Shown piece by piece: positions 23,001-38,000 of a DNA stretch of 64,000 nt. Both the position numbers and the translations under genes were made by a program. Below the pieces are notes generated by a model. It saw only the letters and a program-made list of their open reading frames with translations. It was not told the origin of the DNA and ran no database searches. Numbering within the stretch: position 1 is the stretch's first letter; each line of letters begins with the position of its first letter. This stretch comes from Balanoglossus misakiensis (lineage: Eukaryota > Animalia > Hemichordata): NCBI GenBank assembly GCA_040954595.2, contig CM082580.2, positions 7,106,290 to 7,170,289 of the forward strand, in the 5' to 3' direction.

Positions 23001-25224
23001 CCGTACATTTCTCTGCAACAGCATGATCTTCTCCAAAACATCAATGTCCGCAGTTTTCTCATCGGGGCAACCAACTGCCTCTTCAAACAGAAGAGGCATT
23101 TCCTAGACATCATCATCGATGTAAGTACCAGATCTTGTCACTCCCTGTTTGATGGGATGGCATGACACCCCCCCCCCCCCCCCCAGTTTGATGGAATGGT
23201 ATGGCCGAGCTTATTATTCAAAACGCCAGTTAAATACCATTGCTCCTGGCTTTGGTTGGTTTGGTGTGATTTGTTCCCAACCAATCAGAATACATATAGC
23301 TGACACCTGGATTTTTGTTTATCTTTCCCTCATCAGAAGTCCCCCGTCAAGTAGCTATGTTTTGTATTTATCTGGTCAACCAGGTGATCTTTTGAGTGAC
23401 TTTGTACATGCGTGGTACAATGTAGTACTGTTATTCAGATTTGCTGGAAGTAATTTATATGGATTTTTTTCCCTGGGTGTAGCTTGAAGACAATAAAATT
23501 GAAATCCAAGACAACGAACTGAGAAAACAGCTGAATCTGAGCACAGCCGACTTGAGATTTGCTGATGTTCTGGTCAGAAATGTCCTCAACGAGAAGGAAA
23601 ACTCCTTTCTAGACCCAACAGGTGAGAATGATATACACCCTGTCCAAACTTACCACAGAAACAGCAGGGATGTACCAAACTATGCCAAAGTAGAGATTAA
23701 TCATTAAAAAGTTTGAGAGATATATCGAATATGGAGATGACAGTAGACCATTGAATTTAGAGACAGTTGTGATGGAACCAGCCATACCCACTGCAGCTGC
23801 ACTTTGATATGTACTCTTACTCTTTCTGTTCTTGCGTGGCTAGGATGGGAAGGTGGCGAAGAGTGGCTGAGACGACAGTTCAAGGTGTACCTGCAGTCAC
23901 TGCTGGCTACGGTGGAGTTCTGTGGTGAGTCAGAAATAAACAGGTTTGCCCTTGACAGCAACACTGACTTCAACTGCAGGTTCAATCATTCTTAATGTGG
24001 GACGTTTGTTCTTAATTATAACATGTGAATTTATGTCTTATTTCATCTGATTTTTTTTTGTACAGATGATGAGGATGACCTGCATGATTTCAACAATCAT
24101 TTTGTCCGAGCCTGGAAAACCACACACAACTACAGGGTGTGGAAAAGTATTGAGCATGTCGGTATCACAGAACAGTTTAAAAAGTAAGTTCTAATACTGT
24201 GACATGTTTGGAAGAATTGTGTTCTGATTGAAACAGTAAGGAGAAGGAATGATGTACACGTACAGATGTGTTTATATTCTCAAAATTAACAAACCAATGT
24301 ACCCCTCACTACATTCTGTGTTACTTGGTGTGCGCCCTCTTGAAACAAGTCTGATAAAAACCTTCCAATTTATGCTGTGATGTACGCCCTCTTGAGACAA
24401 GACAAATGTTACAAAGGATGGTTTGCTCGTGGAGTTAAAATGCAAAAACAGCTTTTTCTTGGTTTAACTAGTCATTTTGACGATAATCAGTTTGTTGTCA
24501 GTTACACAGTAATCACACTAACATAGCATGATTTTCTCAACATTATTTCTGACAGAAAAAAATACTCACTTGTTTCAATGTTTGCATTCACTTTCAGACA
24601 TCCATGTGAAGGAAACCTGAGCGTTTCTGACATGAGACTCAGGCTACGAAGGTGAGAGTTTTGCATCTGTGTGCCTAAAATAATTAAAATCAATGTTCAT
24701 TGTGTGAATTAATACCAGTGAAAGTACTTCCATGTATTAGTAGTACCAAGGTTTTGCATTTCTATTGTCGTGCATTGTTTTGCTGGGAAAAGTTTAGTGA
24801 CTCTTTTTACGCTATTGTCTTTTAAGTTGTCCAGTTGGAAGTATTGTTTGTCCATTAGTTGAACAATGAAAATAATGCTAAGACAGGAAATGTTTTTTGT
24901 CCATGCAGCAGGTTGCCCTCAACAAAAGAACCATGCATAAACATAGTCATTTCAAAAGTTGGTGCCCATGCCATTAAGAATGGGCTTGGGGTCTTTTCCA
25001 AGTGTGGTTCTGTCCGATCTCACCAAGTCTTTTGTGTTTTCAGCACTGACCAGGGTAGGAAGCTCACCAACGCCATGTCGAAGACGGGCTCGGCAGTGGT
25101 GCAGACAGGGCGCATCTTTGGCGGGGCGCTGACCACGGCCAAATCGGCCGTTTCGTCCACTGTCACCGCGTGGTTCTCAGGGCTGATGGACGATGATGAC
25201 ACAGACAGCGAAGTGGACGATTGA
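16466..25224 (+). CDS. AVL9: Late secretory pathway protein AVL9 homolog (DENN-like)
   Basis: 14 exons: 16466-16543, 18209-18329, 18750-18835, 19068-19139, 19332-19421, 19808-19918, 20130-20238, 22096-22727, 22986-23120, 23483-23621, 23844-23924, 24066-24183, 24598-24651, 25044-25224. Motifs VLHVVVVGFHHKRGCQVDFSYPPL, WKYLPFLALPDGAHN, HPYISLQQ, LSTADLRFAD, WEGGEEWLR. Confidence 0.95.
16969..17048. repeat. (CAT)n/(CAA)n microsatellite
   Basis: Direct reading; lies in AVL9 intron 1. Confidence 0.95.
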
Positions 25225-28059
25225 AGACGAATCGCTGAGAGTGAGATCAGGAGGGCAAGGTGTTTGGCTGGAGACGAGAATAGATGCACTGATAGTCCAG
25301 ATTTACCATGTTTGACAAATTTAGCGGTAAAAACTAGCTGTGTCTCAGATGGTAATCGTACACGTCAACTAGAACTAGGTGTAGTTTAAAACTCAATGTT
25401 CGTTATGAAAGTCCAGAAAACCCACCGAGACCAGTCGTCTCTGTGGAAACAAGTAGGGCCTACCCATACTTAAGCAGGAAATTTGAGCGTGGCATACTTT
25501 GCGATTGATGTATACAGTTTGCAATTGATGTACATGTATGTGTATACAATTGTTGACTGTAAATTTATTAACTCAGATCAACAGTCATTATTTACATAAC
25601 TCACTAACCATATCCAGCACTGTGGACTTACTTCGCAATTGTGTCTTTCATCTATAATAACTGGCTGTATATGGAAGAGTGTAGCTAGTTGTCCTGTAAT
25701 CTGCCTGGTCATTGCACTTTTCAAGGCCATCTTCAGAAAGATTAGGGTCATGTTGCTGTATCTGTTGAAGAAAACGGGCACTGGCACACCAGATGCGTGG
25801 TGGATGACATCTCATGGTGTTTGCTTGATAAACTCGTACATGCTCACATTATAGGTGGTTGGCGTCCGAGAAAAGGGGCCAACCCCCCCCCCCCCTTAAA
25901 TAGTACATTATAGTGTACAACACAGGCAGAGAAAGTGAGTGTCATGGGATTGTGCTAGGCCAATCGGTGATCATCGTGCAATTACGTGCAGAACTAGTGG
26001 TGGTCGTGTGAAGCAGATGCACAGATGGTTGAAAAAGGCTGTGAGCTGTGCACAATCATGGGGGCCGATGGGGGTAGAGGATGAGGGTAGTGGAATTGAT
26101 CTGATGGTGGGAGACAAATCGCCAATTCAGAAAATGCCAAGTTGACAACAAAGATGGAAGGTTATGTGATATTTCTAAAAAGCGCACCGTTTTTTTCCTC
26201 CAAAGATAGGTTTTATTTAGAACTTAATTTCTCTCTTTTTTTAAAGTTGAGTGAACGCGAAACAGTCGAGAGTAGCATATCAGGGGACAACCTAGAATTT
26301 TTTTTTTTTGTAAATAAGGTTATCTGGAATGTATGCAATTGCAGTTTGGTGGAAATTATACCCAGCTGTCATCCTCAGCAGTTTATACATCTGTTTCTAT
26401 AGTTTGTTCTCACAATGTTAAGAGGCATTGTCACAATATCTGTGCTTGATGCACAAAATTCTTGTACAGTCTTGTCCATACACCAACAGAAAATATTTTC
26501 ACGCATATAGAAAGCTAAAGGAAATAGTGATTTACGCTAGAAATAGCTTTGTGTAAAAAAATGTACAACAATATAGTCGTCTTGATGTGTCAGCCATCAA
26601 GCACACCGTTTCCATCTTTACCAATCTTTAATCATGATCATACACGATATATGCAATGTTTATTTCTCATGCAAATTAGATATATTTAAATACCATAGTA
26701 TCAGCCAATGAGGTTTAACTCTGAGAGCATGTGCAGTGAAGTGTGTGGCTCCCAAAATCTGAGACTGTGCTGCTGCTGTAAAGATTGTGAAGCATCTGAC
26801 AGAGGACAAAGCACCAATATGAAATAACACAAATAGCCTGCCATCTTTTCATTTGAGAACTCTGAACCACTACTTACGATATCTGATGTTATGAATCATA
26901 CACACATGTCACTCTGATGCTGCGTAAGTTCTGTAAATATTCGAGAGGAAGACATAGACAATTTTGGTTTAACATTAATTAATTGTCAAATACAAATGTA
27001 AAATTGGTGTAAAGTATGAACATATGTATAATGTGGAATGAGAACATTTTAGTATAATAGAATAAAAGACTTTGTTGAAACGTTGAATATGACTTGTGTA
27101 CTGGCGCATTGTCAACTTGTGGCCCCAAAGGTCACTATCTCATCATGAATATATATTCAACTCAATGTGACCTTGTAAATAGTGTGAAACAAGGTCAAAT
27201 TGACAGCATTTTCAGAGAAGTTTGAATCATAATGGCCCACCTACATTTAATTTCTAAAGATCCCATGCTCTGCTGTAGCACTCTTTTCAATTGTGCATCA
27301 TTGAAAGAACAGATCAACTCAATGATCATACAAGTGTGTACCGCTTTGGTTTATACCACTTGAAACTTTTCCCAGATGAGACGTGAATGGCCCCGCCTAG
27401 CTCGAAGAATTGTGGCCTGTTTAGATATGCTAATCAGTTTTCATAAAAAAATTTGGTATGAACATATGTCATGAAATTTGGTCAGTAAATACCATAGTAC
27501 CTCCATGGTAATACAGAGCTCTGACATGTGGGAGTGCAACTTTGCCAGCTAGTTAGCATGTATAATGGTGGTGAAGGTAGTCTCTTTATTGTAGTCTGGG
27601 CACGGTCAATGATTGACCATGGTCCAGCCTCCAGGGTCACCTTGCGGCCACTGTACAAAATGTACATATGGCATGTGGAGGGAATGTGTGTGTCACTGTG
27701 TCCAATATACCAGTGTAAAGAAATACTAGTGTCATCGTATACAGTGAGTATTAGAACATTGGAATACATGGCTATGCCACCTTTTTGAGGACAATGCGTG
27801 ATTCTTGTCGAAATAAATTTACAAGTTCCTTGAGACCATGGAGCTACCACATGCCACAGACCACTGTATGACCCCATTTGACCTGTAGTGCTGATTCACT
27901 ATGACCGTCTCACATATGCAAATACAGAACCACGTGGTGTCGCGCTAATGTGGAACTTTCCCATCACAACGTTCGTGAATGTATGGGTTTATTCCGACAG
28001 TGCGACCGACTGCTCGTTCATTTGTCGGAAAATTCCGAGCAGTACACATCGCAGCAACC

Positions 28060-31000
28060 ATGGCTTTCCAACTGAAACGCGTCCTTATCAGCGATTCCCT
28101 TGACTCCTGTTGTGCCAAAATATTGGAAGAAAATGGCATCGCCGTCGATACTAAGACGAAATTGACAAAGGAGCAGCTCGTGGCTGAAATCCCGGTGAGT
28201 TGTATATTTCTATATAGTGGCCGCACAAGCAGACATGGCCACACGCCACACGTGTGCGAGCTTTTTTACCTGTCAGACGCTAGACGCGTAGACGCACATT
28301 CGCACATTGCGTGTTTATAACATTTCCCCGCTAATCCGATGAACGGTTTCGCAAATAATCTAAACATTTTCATAGAGCTAAGACAGCACTAATGTAGTTG
28401 TCTGGATTTTCAAATGTCATTGCATGATGCAATATTGCTTTCGTGATTCCCTACCCGGTGTACTGCAGTGCAGGACACCGGCATATGAACACAGTTACGT
28501 GATGGAGCGCGGTCATCGTTAGCATCTGCATGCAAATACGGTGAAATTTTCTATATGGGTGCCGTATTTATGATCGCCCTTGAACATGTCACAGCGCCTT
28601 CGTCGTACAGTTGCAGTAAATGTTTGGGTTCACCAAGCAGACGACCTCTTTTTGTTTGACCATATGCACGCACGCCGGTTGTGTGTATGTGTGACCTTTG
28701 AACCGTGGAACTGGAAGTTGCATGTCCGTATTTCATGTATTTGTCATGCCAGCCAGATGATTTGAACCACCCGCCTAACCGGTAGTAGTACAAGTAGTAT
28801 AAACAAAGCCTTTTCACTGACAATGACAATCGTTACTGGTCTATAAATATAATGTGATCTATATAATATCTAATCAGATATATATAATATATTCCTCATG
28901 CACTTATCAGCAGTCAGTCTTCTGTTGTTGATTTTTGATATTTACATATTGATTGATAATAAAACATAGTTCAAAATATCCAACATAGGTGAAATGTTTT
29001 GTGATAAATTTGACTTGCTTTAGATCAGTATTTGACTGAATGCAAATTTACAGTTGAAATTTTGATAGTTCAGACATTGAGCAGCTAATGAAACCTCAAA
29101 ACTGCAAAGATTTGAAATGAAGAATAAACATGTATAAAGTAACTGTAACCATATCCATGGTTCACTTGCTTTTTCGATTTCACAAGGATTTTCCTCGGCA
29201 AGATGGATTTAAATTAATAGGTCACAGAGGACCGTAAAGGAAGTGAAGTCTCGGTAGAGGATTTTGAGATTATCACTAGTAGGTGTTTATTGAAAATGTG
29301 AATTTCTACAGACACGGTTACAATGTATTTGTAGTACTGTTTGGTCGGTGTATATTTTTTATATTTTTAGTACATTGTAGAATGAAACAATCAGCCACAG
29401 ACAGAAAGGTTCCACTTTACCAAAGAACTGTTTTATTCTTCAAATATTTCTGTTCGTTGACAGAACTATGATGGCATCGTCGTTAGGTCTGCGACCAAAG
29501 TGACCGCGGAAGTGATTGAAGCCGGCAAAAACCTGAAGATCATCGGCAGAGCTGGAACTGGTGTCGACAATATTGATCTCAATGCCGCCTCAAAGAGGGG
29601 CATCATTGTGATGAAGTGAGTACTGGTTACTATGGTAACACTTGAGTTGGCATCATAGCAACGAAGTGTTTTAATCTTAAAATATGTCATGATACATCAC
29701 AGAGTTCCTAATTGAGGTTATTGGAAAATGGCACAATGTGACCCTTGTACTGTTCCCATCCTTGCAGATTTTTTTTATAGAAAAACCCAGTAAAATATTA
29801 ACCTCTCAGCCAACATAAAAATAGGCAAGTTTACGTAATAGGGTTTTAGAATTGGTTGGGTGTTAAAATTTGTAATATATAGATTCTAAAAAAATTACAG
29901 TCTAAAAATAGAGTGATAGTTCATATTCTTGTATTTTTTACTTAGTCATTATTGTCAACCATTTTTTAATCAAATTGGCTACATTCTTATAATTTACATG
30001 TGAATGAACCTGTATATGTAACTTTCACAATGGGATAAATGTTTTTATGTATAATCTCAGGCTGGCTTTTCATTTATACCAAAAAGGGAAATTTCCTTTG
30101 GACTAATTTGTATGGGTTGTTTTATTATTACTTTACACCAATTGCAAGCCCAGGAAATGGGTAAATGAGTGTTATTGTTGAGGGAAAACGCGTTGAAGCA
30201 AATTGCTTTTTGGCCAATTGATCAGAAACCACAAATACTGAAGCACAAATAATGCGTACCCACAAAATACTTTTGCTACTTTCATATTCATCACATCTTT
30301 TCTGGAAAGCTAAATCTAATACAGGTCTGAGATAATTTAAGGTGTTGACATTAATTCAGGTCCCACTGACTTCAATTATGTCCGCACCACGTCAACCGCA
30401 GCTTGTAGTGAAAATTCAATTTCCAACTCAATTATTTTCTGAGAGATTTCTATTTCAACATGATGGTACAGAGATAAAGAAATAGCTTAGTTTTCTCCTA
30501 CTGGGTGAATTGTGTATTCAGCCGAAGTGCAAATGTTCTTAGAGTTGCTAGTAATTTGGATTGGCCTTTTTTAATTTGCCTTAGCTATGAGCGAAGATCA
30601 GAATATTTATTGAAAACTGAAGGAATAAGAAATGTTATAAAACAAAGTGTGTTTTGTTGCTTTCAACAACTATTATTTATTGATATAATGTGCATTTTAT
30701 TTCGTTAACAGCACACCAGCTGGCAATACACTGAGTGCTGCAGAACACACCTGTGCCATGATTTGTTCCATGTCCAGGTAAGAAAAAAAATGAAAAAAAT
30801 GCAGTAAATAGCTCCATGCTGATTTATTAATATTAAGTTGTATTGTCCCGGAAGCCTTGTAGTACTGGAGCAAAAGTAGTATACATCATCAGTATTCACC
30901 TATGCTCAACAAATAGCAAAATCTCAACTCGCCATGTCAAGTCCTCAACCCACATTCCTGAAATCTGAATATTCCTTGTAAACCCTCAGGAATATTCCCC

Positions 31001-34000
31001 AAGCGCACATGTCGATGAAGTCTGGAAAATGGGACAGAAAGACGTATATGGGATCGGAATTGTACGGCAAAACACTGGCTATCGTCGGACTTGGAAGGAT
31101 CGGCAGGGAAGTGGCCCTCAGGATGCAGTCTTTTGGAATGACGGTAAGGGAATTTCATCCGAACAGTTTGCCATGTTTCTTACGTCTGAATGTTTGGTTT
31201 CAACACAATTAACACTTTACACATATTGCCCTCTTGACATCTGCAGACACATTTCCAATTGTCATTAATTAAAGAAACATCAGTTTAACAATACTGTACA
31301 TCATGTGAATCTTAGAATTATGCTCAGTAATAAAATTTGCCTTTGTACATTGAAAACTATATTGTTTTATGTATATATGAAATAATTGAATATTGCTTCA
31401 CAAAAGTGGCTTTCTTCGGAGAGAAATAAATTACCTGCTGCATCGTGTACGTACATACTAGTCGTGGAATAAGTTTTAAGTACTGGAAGCACATTTTGTA
31501 TTTTTTTCCCTCAGACAATAGGGTTTGATCCCCTTGTACCGGCTGAAGTATCGGCATCTTTTAACACAGAGTGGCTCGAACTGAAGGATATATGGCCCAG
31601 GGCAGATTACATCACACTACACACGCCACTCATTCCACAAACTAAAGGTAAGTTATGCGTTATTAGAGTCGCATTTCGAAAATAGTTAGTAAATCCTGCC
31701 CCATATGTTGTAACCACCATATATTAATCTCTAACCCTTTCACGCTCTTAAGAGGTCCAACCTTACCATAGAAAACAATGGGTTTGGACTGAGCCATGGT
31801 GGTGAAAGGGCTTAACTGGGAAGCAGTCACTATCTCATCTAAAGAAATTTATTAAATGGCCACTGTTTGCTGCATTCAGAGAGTATCAGTCGTACTGAGC
31901 ATTGCCGCCCATTTCTTTTGCAGGTCTTCTTAATGACGACACTTTCAACCAATGCAAGAAGGGTGTGCGAGTTCTCAACATCGCCCGTGGTGGCATTATT
32001 GATGAAGAGGCCCTTGTACGAGCTCTGAATTCAGGACAGTGTGCTGGTGCAGCGTTGGATGTGTTTGTAGAGGTAGGTTACGCTTTGAACAATTCAGGAT
32101 CTTATTTATAGAACATTTCTGAAATTGTCACCAAGGCTCCTTTTCATCTTGCCGAGAAAATTCAGTGTACCTGTAGTATTTATTGATAGCGGTGTTGTAC
32201 CCACACAGAAATTGAAACGTGGAAGTCATTCTGTAATGAGCTGTGAATCGAAATGTAATAGAATTACCAGCTCATTTGTTTATAGATTGCATTCAGCTTT
32301 GATTTGCATCAAGACCAGCTGGTCCACATCGGCATCCCATCACAGGAAAAGTGACTTAAAAAAAATTATTCAATCAGAAAGAATGCGGAGTTAGTTTTCA
32401 AAAAATAAACCACGCATATGTCGTCTGCAAATTGGATGGTTGGTGTAGTTCATGACCAAAAAACAGTTGCCTGCATTTTGTATGATGAAAATTAGACACT
32501 TCCATGATTTGCAAAGTAAAATAGACATATTAGCAGTTTTTTGCGTTTTACGTGGGCATCTTTGTGCATGAAATTGTAATTCTACTGGGATGCTGCTTTG
32601 TGAAACCGTGACGATCTATCTCATTCACAGCCCATTAAACACTTCATGTTATTTCTAATGCGCCTATAAAATAACGCATCCCTCCACACTAAATGGCATA
32701 TACATTACAAGCAGTTCCATTCGTTGCATTTCAATGCCAGTGATGTTGTATCCACTGTATTTCATGAATGGGGTAATATAACTGTTACAATGAATCAATA
32801 TTTTGCCAGAGTTATATTAGGTAGGATTTATATTGGTTTTTATTTTCAACAATTGACTCTGTGTGTTTCATCATCTTTGAGAATGCAAAATTAATTTGTA
32901 TTTTTCATTTTACATGTATACAGTTCCAAATTTTAGCAGCTAAGTGCATTGAAAGATAATTTGAGAGGCATTGACAAATTTAAACAAAAATATTTTCTTG
33001 AAATCGAAACCAGTGGCCTCAGACATATATTACATGTACATGTACATAATTTTTCTAAAGATTTCCCTTTTGACTTAAATTCGGTATTGCATATTTCATT
33101 CCTTTACAGGAACCGCCCACAAACAGAGACCTTGTTGATCACCCGCACCTGGTTGCCACGCCGCATTTGGGGGCCAGCACCACAGAAGCGCAGAAACGAG
33201 TCGCCGAAGAAATCGCCGAACAGTTCGTTGATTTGGTAAACGGCAAGAGGCTGGAAGGAGGCGTAAGTCATCAATCATTGCTCTGATACATGCTTGTTAA
33301 CCCTTTTCACCCCCGTTTCCATGTATAGAGGTCCATCTTTGCCATAGAAATCAATGGGTTTGGACCAAACCATTGCTGCGAAAGGGTTTAAAAAAAGATA
33401 ACGAAGAGAGATACAGTGCTGATTGTATACGGAGTGTTTAATTAGAACGCGGTCATTACCAGTTATCGATTTTACAAAAGTTAGTTAAAACGCTACACTC
33501 TACTACATAGTACATATAGACTGGACTGTTCAGGGTAACGTGTGACTTGTCTGATTTGCTTATGTGTAGGTGAATGCCATGGCATTGAGCAACGCTCTTC
33601 TGCCGGACACACGCCCTGTGGTGTCACTAGGACAGGGGCTGGGAGCCGTGGCTGCTGCCCTCGCTGGCGAAGTCGGTGCCAAAACAAAAGTACAGATTAA
33701 TACCTATGGTGAGTTCCCAAATACAAAAATTTATTGATTCACATAAAATATTAATGTTGTACAAAATAAAGGTAAAGGGATAAAGAATGTGTCAGTAAAG
33801 ATTGAATGATTTCAATTCTGCTACTGTAACCTTTCAGCACAGAACGACTCTTATGCCACTGGTTGGTTCCAGGTGACTTGGCACCAGTAATGAGATTTTT
33901 CCCATGAAATCTTTTACCGTGCCGTAATGCATGGATTTTATCTCTTCCGGAAGTGAATCGGAATGAGATGGATGTCGTTTTAATGCCAGTTTTCACAACT

Positions 34001-35097
34001 TTGAAGATGACAATCTCTCTTTAATGATCCACCTCAAAATAAACTGCTCATACTCCCTGTAAATTGACTTCATTGGAGAGCTGTGTTCAGCATCTTGAAG
34101 AATCTCCTTTCTTCATGGTCGTTATGGCTACTGCCTCACTTCACCTTTTACTTATGTTTTATGCAAAGTTTAAAAATTTTAATGGTATTTCACCAATGAA
34201 ATGACCATATAAAACTGATTGTCGACCACGCAAAGATGTATGATATTAAAAACCAGAGTTTGAACTTGACATTGAAAACTGACCTTCTATGCTTGGCAGG
34301 ATCCGCTCTGCAGTCGGCAGGGTCGTATCTCCCGGCAGCAGTCGCTGTGGGTTTGCTGAAGGCCCAGGTTGCCAACTCCCTCAACTTGGTCAGCGCTCCG
34401 TTCTATGCTAAACAGCTTGGCGTTAAGGTGAGATATGCTCTGTTTAGTTCAAGTTGAATGTGTCAACTGTACATAGTGTCCACTATTGTGATGTGGTCAA
34501 TTTGTGTGAAAGGGGGGGGGGGGATGTTGGGAATAATGTTTAATAGAGTATATCTTGTCATACATGGATTGATACAGTGACTAAATGAAATGTAAAGACT
34601 TGACCAGATCGCCGTTTCATTATCAACAGATCGCAACCGAGCACTCCAATGAAGTACCTGCCAACTGCAAAACCTCAGTCACCATAACCCTTGACAACGG
34701 TGACGGTGGCCTGCACAAGCTTGGTGGTGCAGTACAGGGCAACAGTGCGTTACTGGTCGATGTCAGTGGTGTGGCGTTCACTGCAGGCATCGTGTTGTCA
34801 GGGAACGTCTTGTTGTACAAAGGTGGACAGAAGTCTCTGGCCGCCATCACTGGTAGGTTTTTTAACCAGTTATATTGTAGAACGTTGCCCTGCAATGTGT
34901 TTGTCTGATCGCGTCCCTACGATTGATTGATTGTTTATTTTCCCATTTCAGGCGCAGTAGCTGGAAGTACACAGGTCCTTTCCTTTGCGACGACCGACAA
35001 CTGTGAAGGCTGGAGTGCCATGCATCTGGCACAGCCGCTCGCCTCTCTGGATGCGGTCAAAGGTCACGTCAACTGGCTCCGTCAGATCAGCCTGTAA
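28060..35097 (+). CDS. PHGDH: D-3-phosphoglycerate dehydrogenase (type I, with C-terminal regulatory region)
   Basis: 11 exons: 28060-28194, 29464-29615, 30712-30777, 30990-31143, 31515-31647, 31924-32072, 33110-33262, 33570-33708, 34300-34427, 34630-34852, 34952-35097. Motifs [25 protein letters not shown] (Rossmann), [36 protein letters not shown]. Confidence 0.97.
31731..31815. mobile_element. piggyBac-type MITE copy (reverse, internally deleted)
   Basis: ctaaccctttcac...gaggtccaaccttaccatagaaaacaatgggtttggactgagccatggtggtgaaaggg. Confidence 0.75.
33297..33390. mobile_element. piggyBac-type MITE copy (reverse orientation)
   Basis: ttaacccttttcacccc...caatgggtttggaccaaaccattgctgcgaaaggg, matching the reverse complement of the family. 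Confidence 0.75.
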
Positions 35098-38000
35098 AAT
35101 CCACCTCCGCCATCTTTGTGTTTTTGCCCGTACGCTCCAAACAGACGGAAGGCAGAAGCGTCTTGCAAGCTGAAAAATAAAAATCCCCCCGCAATTTTAA
35201 ACAATTTCTTGCAAGGATGAACATTTCTTGTAAATTGAAATTTTGAATCCTTCATCTAGCTTACGACTGTATAATTCTGATTTTGTAAAAATAGAATTGT
35301 GTTCATAAAAAAATCCCTAAATCCTACTGGCAATTTTTTTTCTTGTAGAACTAATCATCCCATGGTAGCTTGCTTGTCATTACAGACTTATATATGTCAG
35401 CAAGGCTGAGTAAATTGAATTGCTGAATGTATAGTTGTGAACCGTAAAAAGAATTTTGCCGAACTTTGCTATTTTTCCGTGTACATGAGCAATAAGTAAC
35501 CCAATGTGGGTGTTATTTTCTCTCGCTGTATTTAGGAAACTGTTGAATCATGACTTGTTTGTAAACAATCACTAGGTTTCCATGACAAGTTTTTAAGGCG
35601 AATTTTGTCATTTTGTAGTCTTTGAAAGTGTTTAAATTCCAGTGCGTGTATGTTTGTTCCTCGTTGTATATTGGCATGCGCAGGCGCTAAAACATGCAAG
35701 TAAATCAGCGAACATGTATATTATTTGTTCTGCAATGAATGTACATGTACTTGCAGTGGTCAGAAAGTGAGAAAAAAATGGAAGACCATTTTTGGCTGTT
35801 GATTATCTTTTGGGCAGAAAAAGTAATTTAACTAGTGGATCAAAAAAATTCCACTTGAATACCTTAAATATCACTCCCGGAAATTTACTGAAAATTTCAT
35901 GCATAATTGTCGAATTCATTCCATTTCTTTGTCCGAGCTTTTATCATTTATCTTAAATTAATTTTGCATTATTTATGACTTATGAACTGAGTACTAATTT
36001 CATGACGTTTATGTACCCCCCCCCCCCCCCTAAAACATGACCAGACATTAGCACGTGATATTTTTAGTCCTATCTACAACACATGAATAAATGTAACACA
36101 AAGACCTTTGTGCTTTTCAAACCAGGTTTATTGTGAAAATTGCTGTGAATTTAAACCTCTCCCTCACAATTGTAGGAAAAAATAAACAGTCCTCAACCTT
36201 AGTAAAAAATATTCTCTAGTTTTTGAGTACCATGTACAGCCATGAACATCACACAAATATGGTCTATTTTACAGCAGTCTAGTCTTTAGCCATATTCTAT
36301 ATTCAATGGACAACGCTGCTGACTTTTGACAAGATGAGCTCATAGGTTCTCATTACAAATCACTTTACTGACCTACAAGGTTTGGAAATACAAACTCAAG
36401 ATGATATGTGAATGAAAAGTCGACAGTAAAATAAGCAACTCTAAAAAGTATTGGCTGTTTCAATTCACCAGCTACTGGCATTTCTGTTATTCAAATAACG
36501 TCTTTTCAAGATTGACCTTGGTTACCGTTAAGATTACAGTTGTTTAACTGTAAGTACACTGGCCATTTTATACAGAGAAAAAAAGGTGACAATACAATCA
36601 AAGAAATGTTTCGAGTTTTGTTTTTGTTGAACAACTTCGTCCTTTAGGACTTTCATTTTATCAAACTGTAATGTTGGTCGTCAGCATTGGACATGACTGT
36701 ATTTACATAACAAAAAAAAGATTCAGAATCCACTGGAGTTGGTTTGAGATGCATGTTTTGATCAGCCTCGCGTATAACTTGTCCATTGTATGAACATTGT
36801 ATACTTAAAGCCCCAGTAGCTAGATGCCCTGTTTTTTCTTTGGTTTTGCACAAAATTGTCTTTCAGAACAATACCTCCAGATGTTTTTGAATTTAAAATC
36901 ATCCAAAGAGTAAATCAAGGCACTTCTACTGAGGCTGTAAATGAAAACAAAATGGCTGATGTACAGGATTAAAATAAATGTAAGAATAAATGACAATGCA
37001 AAGTAATGTTTAACACCTAGGCCATCACAAGCCTCTCACAAAAAAGGGTACTTTGACACCATAGGCAGTCCATTTCACCAAGAAGAAAAACAGAACGGAC
37101 AAAAAAGTCTTAGAGACTACATGCAAAGAAAATGCACAAAATATCTGAAGTATTAAAAAAACATGCATAGAGTTCAACTTGAATTTTTTTTACATGCATG
37201 TAGAGCCAGAACGCTAGCCAAATATATAAGTTACAACCTATCTTTTTTAAATGATAAGGAAAATATAAAATACATAACACAAGAAAATATCAAAACCAGG
37301 AAGATATATACCACGAAAAGGTTAAGTCAGAATGACCATTTTTTGACAAAAGTAAATCCCAGATAAATATTTCTTCATGTGAGAAAGATTTTAAACTTTT
37401 TTTAAAGACCAATTGGAGGAAAATGTCCACAGGGGGTGTAAAGGTATCAAGATTCAAAGATTAATTTTGTTCTACTGACAGAAATCTGCAAAATGGCCAG
37501 TTGTTAAGAGCTCTGTTCTGCTTTGAATAAATAAATTGCCCAAAATTGATCGAAGCTGGGCTGAATTGTGTGTATTCATAAATATTAAAGAATACATTAC
37601 TTTTAATCACAATACATAATGATACATGTAGTTGGAATAATGTCGGTCAACTTTAACACTGGAAAAGTTTCGATGGCAATCCCAATGCGAGTACCGTTAC
37701 CATGGTTACAGTGAACTTGGAATTCTCACGAAATACATAGCTCACAGATGCCCACATAATATTTAAATATACTGATTTTAAAAATATATTGCAATTTTTA
37801 ATGTGATCGCAAATATTCCCATTTGGTTAAATCAAAGCTACATATCTGATTTTTTAATTGTGTTGACCTCTTCATATAATGGTATATTTTAAATGTGCTA
37901 TTCTCAACTCTACAAAGACCTATCTAGTATTACACATTTGTTACAAAAATTATCGAAATTAGTTTTGGACTCCTCAGTTTCAGATATGCATGATGTTGTG

